Assembly: GCA_000708835.1 (NCBI GenBank)
Contig: DF237718.1
Coordinates: 1-35,028 of the forward strand
Direction: 5' to 3'
Origin: Klebsormidium nitens
Lineage: Eukaryota > Plantae > Klebsormidiophyceae
DNA: 35,028 nt
Below, one piece after another: positions 21,483-31,405 of the stretch. Below the pieces are notes generated by a model. That model searched no databases, had not been told where the DNA came from, and saw only the letters and a program-made list of their open reading frames with translations. The number at the start of each line of letters is the position of its first letter. The first letter of the stretch is position 1. The position numbers and the translations under genes are program-made.

Positions 21483-24400
21483 TCACGCTCCCGTGGTCGG
21501 ATCCCACCCCGTCGCGAGGTTCTCGTTGAAAGAGTCCAACTGAGCCATGTCGGCGGCAGAGATTTCGAAGTCGGTAACCTGCCAACACAGACGCGAAAGA
21601 GCTCTTATATGAGGCAGACAGCAAGAACCGGGCTTCTTAGAAAGATGTCAAGCCACGTTAGGAACGAACAAAGTTGACTTCCACAAGTGCAAATGGTGAA
21701 ACGGACGTGTCCAACTCCTAGGATCCCAAGGAGACCAGACCCGCATGAGAAGGCAAGGACGCTGCAGCGTCCACGTGGACCGTATCTGAAAGAGGGCGGC
21801 GGTTCCCCCTCAGGCGACCAGATACGGTCCCATAGGCCTACTGTGGTCGCCTAAGGCACTTTTCAAGATGGGCTTCATTCCCTCAGGACTCGGATGCACA
21901 AATGTACCTTAACCTCCGACGCCCTTTTCAAGATGCTAAACCTGCCACTTTTTCCAAACTCCACCTGTTTTGACTCTCCCTGAGCTGACAACAGACGGGC
22001 CGATCAAAAGCGTACGAAGTGGGGCACCAAAACGGACCAGAGCGGGAGTGGGCGTCCCGGACCGGAGCTCACCTGAATGTTTTGCAGTATCCGCTGGGGC
22101 GTAACGGATTTGGGCAGTACGATGAAGCCCTTTTGCAAGCCCCACCGAAGAAGCAACTGCGCGGGGGTCTTGTGGTAGCGGTGCGCGATCTGCAGCGGAC
22201 AGAATAGACGGTTTTAGAAAAGAGTGAAGGGTAGAACGATTTTAGAAATCGAGGGTTTTGAAGAAGCACGGCAGGAAGAATCTTCGGACTCCGAGTAAGG
22301 AGGAGGCAGAATTAAAAGGGCTGAAAACCGAGGGAGTATTCAAGGCAGTATTTTTGCAGATTCAGAAAAGAAGCATGGTTGGATATACTGACTCCCTTAC
22401 AGCGGCAAGAACTCCCGCGATCAGAAGTGCACGATCGAGAGGGCCAGCAAAGTTGCGGGGGCGTATGCTACCCGCTTTTTGAACGTCATTGAAAGGGAAG
22501 CGCTGGCTCCTAAATCCCTGCTTGATGGCCCCTACGGATACACGAACGGCAAACGTTGACATTCGAGAAAGGACCGAAAAGCCAGATTAACTTTGCCAAT
22601 CGTTTCAGACAAGACGAGGTTTTGGCATCAGAGAGCCTCCTTCACGGCACAGATTCTGACGAGACTGTCACAAGGCTTCGGAGCCTTACCTCCTGCAGTG
22701 CAGGGTCTTTCAGTCGCCGGCCTTTTGTGAGAGGGGAGTATGCCTGCAGTGCGATGCCATTCCGTTTGCAGAAATCCACTAACACCGTCCGCGTATGGTA
22801 GGGATGCAGTTCGACCTGCAGACCACAAAAGGGCGTGCTGTTAAAACTATTAGAAAAGGGAAAAAGCGCCCGCAACGCAGTTTGGATCGACATTATGCCC
22901 GGTTCAAATCCGTCCAGTTTTGCTTGGTTTTGCCAGTTTTGTGCGACGTGGCACCTCTGTAATCACCAGGACGCTATGAACATCTTTTGCGAAATCTGAG
23001 CAGAACCGAGCCGAATCTGGCCGAAACTTGACTGCACTTCAAAGCTGCGTATAGGGTGACACCTGAATTGGAATATGCTATTGCTTGGGTAATCAAGGTC
23101 ACAAAAGCACTCCTATCAGGAAACGAGCACTTGCGACCAAAAAAAATAAACGCGAAACAGCAGGGTTGGATCAGCGAGAACAGGAAAGAGTCAGTTGTAA
23201 GGAGAACACTAGAAATTTGAAACTCCTCCTTAAAGAGACCGGAAAGCCTACTGACTCAAGGAGATACGAGCATGGACACGCAGCAACTGTCCAACATTTA
23301 CTCCGCACGTGAAGCGATCCTGGCAAATGACCGAGGATGATGCGAAATGTGGCGCCGCGCACCGCTCTCATGCGCCTGCAACAATTGAACACTTCCCAGG
23401 GCAAATATGCAACTGCATAAGCGCACAGGAAGATGACGCACCTGATTGACAGACGGCCTTATGGTGCAATTAGCAAACAACTCCTCCAGGTGATGGATCC
23501 CATAGTTGCTGACGCCGATCGACCGCGCACGCCCGCTCTTCAGGATGGTCTCCATGGCCTTCCAGGTCTCTAGCCGCTTGTCCACCCGCATCGGCGAGTG
23601 CACCAGGTACAAGTCAACTGAAAAAGAAAGAGATCTGCGTAACGGCGGAGTCAATCGGAAATCTTTACCCCAGGAGGGCTGGAAAAGCTGGTCTTCAGCT
23701 CAGGAGATGAGTCTGTCACGCCACTCCAGAAGATGAGTCGCTGTCATGCCACGCCATGGAAGAGAAAGGAGAGGAAAAGGGGGCATGTGTTGCTAAGCGG
23801 GGACCGGCGAAAGGCTCGGCAAAACAGCTCTTTCATCTATGCGCGTTGCTTGAAAACCTGCCCCAGCTGCCTCTAGCTGAGCCTACCCAGATGAGACCTT
23901 TCTTCGGCGAGGGCAGACATAGTCTAGTCAAGGGCTGCTCACCATACTCAAGCCCCAAATTTACAAGGCTTCGCTGGAAGGCCTGAAGAGTCTGCTGATA
24001 GCCATGATCGCTGTTCCACAGCTTGGTCGTCTGCATGGAAGACATGCACTTTAGCAGGGAAACAACTGGACCAACCGAATGCCCTGTGGCGCCTCTTGTT
24101 TCAAGCGCCACACTTATTGAGCGCCAGCACCAGTAGGTCGTTTGATCAGTGAGCACTCAACTGTGGCTTGACTGGCCAAATACAGATTGGGCGCAGCGGT
24201 GGTAGGGTCACGAGGCTGTGCGCAACTGATGTAAGCTTAATTCAAAGCTAACCCGCAATTGATGTAAGCAAACCCACAGTTTATGCAAGCTAACTTGCAA
24301 TTGGCAGAAGTCGTCTGCGGAGCCTCACCACAAAGATCTCTTCTCGGGGGATGCCGCTGTTCCGAATAGCCGCACCTGAAGAACAGAGAGGCCCTTCATC

Positions 24401-24935
24401 ACTCTCTGCTCATGGCAGGAGATTGCATGAGTGCTTCCCCTAAGCATTGGTTCCAGACCAATTGCACATTTGCACACACAGCAACAGGGCAGCTGGATTG
24501 ACAATCTCTGGTGCGCGCCTCTGCTCATGCGATCTTGCACGTCATGCCTCAACAGGGACCTCATGGATTAATTGCCTTTTGGTTCGACCATGGATGCCAC
24601 TTACCCACGGAGGCCTCGTTTCTGTACAGAGCGGCGGTGTCAATGTGGCGGTACCCCTCTTGCAGCGCACATGCAACCGCTTCTTCTGTCTCAGGGCCCG
24701 GCGCTGACTGAAACACCCCAAGGCCAATCCTAGGGATCTTGACACCCTGCTTCAGAGGTTGATTGAACACCTCGATGCTGTCAGTATATGGCTTTGCGTG
24801 CGACATGTTTGTGCGCGTGGCTAAACCCCCAAGCTGGGAGCTTGAAAGACCGCTGGAGTTGTGAAGCGCCTGACGGATCGCAACGGCCAGCAGGATCATG
24901 CAAAGGACAAGCGAGCAGCGTATCATACCACGCAT
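21483..24935 (-). CDS. Aldo-keto reductase, AKR5-like (2,5-diketo-D-gluconate/glyoxal/prostaglandin-F-synthase type), 7 exons, 326 aa (283 aa from the internal ATG at 24806)
   Basis: Exons 24935-24605, 24375-24329, 24030-23943, 23617-23442, 22815-22690, 22189-22073 and 21578-21483; all introns GT-AG, in phase (981 nt). Motifs [38 protein letters not shown]. Catalytic tetrad D (IDTA), Y (LYRN), K (TTKL) and H (LVHS) is intact. Confidence 0.95.
21713..21840. other. Cluster of palindromes and a hairpin in AKR intron 6
   Basis: Perfect 16-bp palindrome ggacgctgcagcgtcc (21757-21772), overlapping 12-bp gtccacgtggac (21769-21780), 12-bp inverted arms ggaccgtatctg (21777-21788) and cagatacggtcc (21819-21830), plus tcctagga and taggccta. 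Confidence 0.8.
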
Positions 24936-25330
24936 AGAGTGCACTACCGGAGACACGATGACAAGGAAACGAGAGCTCTAAAGTGAGCGCGTCTCCCACC
25001 AAATAGGCACCAGCGGAAATTTGCCCAGGAAGAACCAGAACAATTAGTTGAACATGAAGTTGAAGCGGATCGGACCAGCAATATTAAATAGCTGAGCGCT
25101 GCACGCGTGCCGCGGCCGCCCCGCCGGGCCCTGGAATTCAAACGTCAAACCCCTTTCTTGAGACGCGGAACTTTGTCCACTGCTGACGTCATCATCTATG
25201 ACCGGTCACTGACTAGCTGCTTTCTGCGCGCAAAGCGACTGCCCCGGTCGACCAACACCGACGTCATGAGCCGGACGTTGGATCATCTTGGATGAACCAA
25301 TTCAACCCACAAACGTGCGGAGACTGCTCG

Positions 25331-25342
25331 GCTTATATAAGC
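25331..25342. promoter_or_regulatory. Palindromic TATA-like element upstream of the AKR gene
   Basis: gcttatataagc lies ~400 bp upstream of the AKR ATG. A second AT-rich candidate is at 25081-25090. Function is unverified. Confidence 0.25.
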
Positions 25343-27424
25343 AAGCGAAGCCGCTGGTTTTAGTCAGCTCGTCCTGAGTCAGGGAGAGTCAGCAGGTCAA
25401 TGACCGTCTAGGGACGGCTTGCTGTGCTTTTACCCAAAACCGAACACACCTTGCAGGGGCGGCTGCCTGGTCGCTTCCTGCAATTTTTGCAGGCTGTTTA
25501 GTGCATTACTTTATATGCTCTAAAACAGCCCTATGGGTTCTCGAGTTCCAAGTGTAAACCGGCCCCTTACTCGTGCTCTGGGCTCTTGGCCACACGCACC
25601 TCAGCACAGGGCACAATGAGAAGCCCACCAGCGCAAACCGATTCAGTAGACTGCTTGTTCGCACACCTCCCATCACTTCAAAGCAGAAGGCACCGCGCAC
25701 GAAGTCCAACTTGAAAGGCCTTCCAGGTCCAAACGAATATAAAAGGGTCCTCACTTCTCTCATGGTAGAAAATAGTACGCAGGCCAGGCACCAATCTGAA
25801 AACGTTTCGAAGAGATGGACCTGCAGATTCAGATGAGCTTTGGGCGTCGGGGGAATGGAGGGCTCCTTTTGAAGCGAGATCTAGAGGGCATCTGCAGTCA
25901 AGAGCAGCTCAACCTGACGTCGCGTATTTACAAACACGACAATGTCCGTTTAGTATTTGGATTCCGTGCCAACGTTCCAAATCTGATCGAGCTTAGGAAC
26001 CAAAGAGTCTCATCTTCTGATGTCGAGGCTGCAACTCGCTAAGAAACGGACCGTCGATCTGGCCCTGTCACTACCAATTCTGGGTTTCAGCCGTGGCTGC
26101 CCTCTCTACTTTCGAAACCGAGATTAAAACGAGCTCGCAGAAAACCTGGCTGAAGGTATTTAGAGAGCAATTTATTGAGCTCAAATTGAGCAACAAATAC
26201 GGTATGCTGATTCTTTATCGTTGATTTCCAGATTGAACACCACAGAAGAGCAAACGAGGAAGCGAGGAGCTTCTAGCGAACAATTCTGAAGGACAACATC
26301 TCCAGATACTTCGTAGAATTCAAAGTACAGTGATGAACTGTTCGAATCTTCAGGAGCCCACAAGCGCTCACTTACAGTCAACGAAGAATGAGACCTAGGT
26401 TCTGACGAAATCAAATTTGTATTTGAACGATCAACCAAAAGATATAGTAGAGTAGCAGCTTCGCGAATGTTTGCAAGGTCGCCTCAAAGATGACGTGACG
26501 TGTCTCTTACCGAAATGGATTCGACAAGAGTTTAGAAGTTTCAAGCCTGTCTGAACGAGAGTGAGAATTCCGTGTGCCGTTGCTGCGCTTTTGACCTTTC
26601 CAAAATGAAGCAACCACTCTGCTCGTTTTCTGAGCAGTCGACAGCAGTCTCATGGGCTCCCACAATGCAGACAAACTTCCTCGGATATGCTCACTTCCCA
26701 TAAGGCAGCCTGCGATACTTTTCTGATTCACCGTTATATTGATGGACGAACTCTCTTGATCGGAAATAAGGGCATCTCAGACATACATACTACAAGCGTT
26801 CCATCTCAGCAAAGCGGCATCTTGCCAAAGGCAGGAATGATAATGACCTGCTTGCGTGCCAGATCTTGCGCGCCGCCACATCAGTGGACAGCTGTCAGGG
26901 AGAGAAAGGCAATCAAAGTTCAAACTTTTCGGCCGCATCCAGAAACACTTTGTGAAACAATCATTTGATAACGAAGACTGGTCATACCCATTTCACTTTG
27001 GGCTATGTGTCCGTTCACCTGTAAGAGCATCATAAATAAGCGATTGATATCCTAAGGGTTTTGGCACAGCTCCAGACCCAAGTATAGGTTATAAACGCCA
27101 ATCAACCTGCACACATCAAGATCTGCAGATCGTTTATCATTGTTCTTCCTCCCGATTCAGAAGCGGAAAGCCTCTTCAATGCATACGTCGTCTTCTACCA
27201 ATGAGTGCGGCACCCTCGCGGTGCAGCGTTCGCAAGTAGGTTTAGCAAAAGAGATAAAACTCTAGCCGAGCCGCGAGCCACACTCGAGCTCCGCGTACCA
27301 GGCGGATTGCTGAGAGCAGGCCCTGAACCACGACACCCATGTGAACGCAACGATTGAGCGGAGAATGCATAGTCAGCCAAGCCTGCGGAGTAAACGCAGG
27401 CAGCCCGTTCACGCGCGGCAGAGG

Positions 27425-27540
27425 AGCTTCATCACACAGTGCCAAAAAAAGCTTAACCTCACAGTCTATAAAAGCTTAACCTCACAGTGCCAAAAAAGCT
27501 TAACCTCACAGTGCCAAAAAGCTTCACCTCACAGTGCCAC
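27425..27540 (+). repeat. 23-25 bp minisatellite, ~4.5 copies
   Basis: cacagtgcc(a)n gcttaacct units at 27435, 27460, 27483, 27507 and 27530, with a variable A-tract. Each full unit contains AAGCTT. Confidence 0.95.
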
Positions 27541-27799
27541 CTCCGATTCCTTCGCGCCATCCGAGTCGAGAACGCCAGCAAAGGATTCTGAGAGGTCCGA
27601 AGTTCGATAAGCAAACGGAGGACCGAGTGAGGCTCTTAAAGGTGGTACTAAAACAAGGGAAGCGAGACGTGGCACCCCTTCAGTTATAACGTCAGCCAGC
27701 CAGGGGCCCACGTAAGCTCTGCCAAGACCCTCAAGACGCCGTCTTCACTGCAAGCTGTTCACAGAGAAGACCTCGACCGTCTCAGAAAGCTGGAAGGGA

Positions 27800-28230
27800 T
27801 GAATTTCCGAGCTGCGGACGCGGAGAAGTAGACGAAGCCACGCAGAAAGAAGGTCACGTGCCCGGAAAGAAGCGGGCGGTGAGACAAAAAGCTCTCTTCG
27901 CTTGTTAGGATTCGAGAAAGGACCCGACTTTCCGGAAACGGTCGACGAGACGGCTTCTCCGAGCTGCGGAATCGAAGGAAAGATGCAGCGACGCAGCGAG
28001 AAGGTGGCCACGTGCCGCCGGGAGGATTCGAACTGCGACCGGTGAAAAACAAGAAGCCGTCTTGGTTCAGTAACCTTGATTACAGACTCCGAAGACGACC
28101 AAAGAGACGGCTCTTCGAGCTCCGTACGCGGAAGAAGAAGATGGCGCGCCGCGGAAGGTGGGCACGTGGCGGTAGGAAAGCGGCCAGTAAGAGCGGCGGT
28201 GGGCGGCCAGTCAGAAGCAGCAGAGAAAAG
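27800..28230 (+). repeat. Three degenerate ~154-bp units, each carrying a CACGTG G-box
   Basis: (c/t)cgagct(g/c)cg at 27807, 27959 and 28115; gaaggt..cacgtg with CACGTG at 27855, 28009 and 28163 (spacing 154, 154). Confidence 0.8.
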
Positions 28231-28637
28231 TGCAGTCATTAGAAAAACGGGCGGGAGTACGAAAGCGAGCGGCGGACCCTCATATAGTGACAGGACGAGC
28301 AAGCTGGGGAAGCAGGGAGGGGAGGTGGGCGCGGGCGCGCATGTGCGCGAGCTCTAGCGCAGGCACCTGTTGCCAGAGCGCGGCGAGAAAACGGGCGCGC
28401 GACGAAGAAGCTTGGGCGTAAAGGCAGCGCAGGGACTAGGGGGAATTGGGAGCCGTTACCGAAGAAAGGAAAGGCAGAAAACGGGCTGCCAACGAAGAGA
28501 AGAGAAAGCGATCGAGCTTTCCGATGCGACCGCGGCGCGTCCCTGGAACTGGCATGGCTCTCGAGAATGATGTATCTCCCCTGATGTTTGATTTTGTTCT
28601 GAGCCCCGGACCTACTTTTCGTTCACCTTTTCAAGCT

Positions 28638-29798
28638 GCTGTGCCTCAACTGGCTGCACCCCGAAGATGTCAAAGCGAACGCGCCGCTCGCCATTCGTCG
28701 AGTGATCAATTCTCTCGCCAGTCTTCATTCCCAAGCACAGCTTCCTCGTGTCCGCCCTCCAATTGACACCAGAGTCGTTTTTAAGCGGACTTCGGAACGG
28801 TGTCTTTTGTTTCTGATTGACGGTGGATGCGTGGCCCTTCAGGCCCTTTCGGTGCACAGTCCGCCGTTCCGGTCACCGCGCTTCTGGTCATGCCGGACAA
28901 AAGGCTGGTCGTGGAAAACGTTTTAGGGGGTCTCGCGTGCCCGCGCGACGGACCCCCCTTTTGCTGAAGGGACAAGCTCGGATTACGAGCAACCGGGGGT
29001 GATCAGCGCCCTGGCGGAGAAATGCTTCTCAGCGAAGAGGCCATGGGGGCCCATAGTTACGGGGAATTTTGGTTGCTAACCAGGCTGATTAGGGGAATTG
29101 AGTCTCAGGTTATTGGACAGATAACCGGGCTTGAACCTTATTCCAGGGCTGTTTACCGCCCAAGTCTGGTCAATAGACATTCAAACACTTTTACCAGCCC
29201 ATAACCATCCATGGGTAGGGGCCAAAACCTCCTGTGCGAGTGCGAAACCGGGCTAACCGCTCCGCGCCGCACTTGATCAACATTGAAGACCGTGAAGGCG
29301 CTCTCAAGCGTCACACCGAAAAACGAGTTCGAGCAGTGTTAGTGTTCAGCGGAGGGGCCGGCAGGCAGATCCGAGCGCTGAATCTCTCCAACTGCGTCCC
29401 CGTAAAGCGTTGAAGGTGCATTCTGGTGGAGCCCCAGTGCGCGCGCTCGTGCGCTCGGGCGCTCTGTGGACGCCCCGCGCGCACTGTCGGGCGTCGACGC
29501 GGGAAAGAGCACGTTGTCCGGTGAGCCCTCTTGAGGGCGGGAGAAAAAGCGCGCGCGCGCTCGAAAACTCAAAGCTGAGGAGGGTGGGGCGATGGCAATC
29601 ATCGAGCGGGGGCTGCTTTTTGGTGCAGCCAAAGGGGGCTGCCACGTGGCTGTCTGGCACGAGGAGAACGTACCTGATCATGACGCCAGAAAATCTACGA
29701 ACTTCGTCGGACCCGTGGTGGCCGGTTGCCGAAAAAGGACCGTCGTGCTGGTTTCAAGCTGCCGGGCAACAGTAATCATAGGCGGGAACCGGCCCTGA
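28638..29798 (+). pseudogene. Interrupted protein-like reading frames, possibly a decayed gene or mobile element
   Basis: Segments such as LLCLNWLHPEDVKANAPLAIRRVINSL.., AVPVTALLVMPDKRLVVENVLGGLACP and HLINIEDREGALKRHTEKRVRAVLVFSGG are separated by stops and frameshifts. No family recognised. Confidence 0.2.
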
Positions 29799-30615
29799 AA
29801 AAAGTGTCGCGGTTCTGGAATCAAAGTGGTGGTGGTCGGCGCACAGTGCTGGTTGTGACCGGGCACAATAGCACAAGGGGGGCCCGCAGAATTTCGAACG
29901 CGTTTTCGTCTTAGCAACCGTGTTTTTCCTTGCCTTCGGGACCCCTAACTAATATTTAGTTAATGTGTTCCGGTAAGTTCGTACTTACCAGAACCAGTAC
30001 GACCGTTCTGGTTGTACTCGGCGCCCTGAGTCCGGCAGTCCACCTCCAAGAAGCGCCTTTGCCGAAGTCGCACCTCGCTGTCTTTGAGTATACGTCACCG
30101 GGTGCCTGTAATCTCTAAACACAAACCGTCTCGTCGTGGACTTTGGGCCCGCACGTGATTAAGCTCGAAAAGTTCTTGCAGCAGGAGCACTCACCAGACT
30201 CCATACAAGGATTCCGGCGCGAGGCATATTACGGCGTCACCTTTTAGAAGGGGCCCCGTTGGTCAAGCTGAAAAACTGGAAGTGCTTCTTCTTTAAATCC
30301 GTCAAAAGCCGCTCCTTTCAGGACCGTTCCCGGCAGGAAACATACGTGCTGAAATGACTCTCTATGCTGTCTAAGCGGAGAACGTTCGTGTTGCATATTG
30401 TCGTTTATGAACATCGTCCAGACTGCAAGTCGTGCGTCCGGTTTTTGGGACGGCAGAGCGCGGGCGCCGTGCACTTTTGCTCTTACCCGGCCCCGGTTTC
30501 TCTAACCATACATTCATCACGGAAAAGTGTGAGCTTACGCAGTGAAATGAGTGTGTACTCGTTGTCAACGGTCGATCGACGCATACGTGGTTGACGTGAG
30601 ACCTTATGCAATATA

Positions 30616-30658
30616 CTAGGCGAAATACTCATTAAAAACGTCGAAGGCTTCGACGTTT
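30616..30658 (-). other. 11-bp-arm hairpin with CTAG downstream on the minus strand (Helitron 3'-end-like)
   Basis: aaacgtcgaag-g-cttcgacgttt (30636-30658). On the minus strand, CTAG|T follows 16 nt after the hairpin (30619-30616). Confidence 0.3.
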
Positions 30659-31405
30659 CTTTTTGGGCGGCGGCCTCATATTACCGCCAGACACCCGGTT
30701 GCAATCGCTTGTTTGAAAAGGGTCTGTTTGGAAGACGTGGCAGATGTGTATGCGGGATCGACGCGTGTTGCTTTTGGATTTCGAAGCGAACATGGCAGAA
30801 TGCTTGTTTATCGAGCAGTCGGGATATTCACGAGTGTTGCGTGGACGCTTTCAATTTTCTCAAGTATCTGTCGAAAAAGCTTGTTGTTCTGTCACCTCAA
30901 GTAGGCGGGTCAGACTCATTCATGTGGACGAGAGGCATGGGAGGTTGATTCATTCTCAGTTAGGAATACGGTACCTCAAGCTTCTCACCGACGTAACCAT
31001 GTGAAAAGCAGTATCATGGTCCTGAGAATCGCCCCAAAGCACTCTGATATTCATTTGATTTCACACGTCAGTGATCATGGCAGTGACATTGGACAACTGT
31101 TAAAGAACTAATACGCCATAATTGAATAGGTGCATATCATCCTCAAAAAGTTCAGGCAGATGGCGGACCCAACATGATTAGTCCTGACGCTAAACCCGTG
31201 TACGCTGCAAACCATTTCTCGATACTAACTGGTCGCAACGGTACGCGAGGCAGCTCTCCATCTCCAAGACTTATTTCCTAAAATCTCGGGACCCTATTGT
31301 GATCGCTAGTGCTCCTAGTCAAAGTGTCGACCCTTTCATTTGAGTGCAAACTCCTTCCTCTCTGCTTGGTACAATTTGTACCGGGCACTTCTGTGTCGCC
31401 ATCGC

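Noticed and set aside
22190-22480. Exon-echo copies in AKR intron 5
   Set aside because: Only short, non-collinear similarities to the exon-6 head (e.g. gtgcacgatc, ttgcgggggc) were found; too weak to call by eye.
25506-26438. Two minus-strand ORFs in the same frame as one decayed gene
   Set aside because: The ~140 codons between them contain about 8 stops, close to random expectation, and no motif was recognised.
27745-28302. 185-aa minus-strand ORF
   Set aside because: It overlaps the 154-bp non-triplet repeat array and reads like the antisense of purine-rich repeat DNA, with no domain signature.
29481-29520. SGVDAGKSTL resembling the GTPase P-loop GHVDAGKSTL
   Set aside because: There is no preceding hydrophobic beta-strand, the first Gly is missing, a stop follows shortly, and no G3/G4 motifs are present. 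Probably chance in GC-rich DNA.
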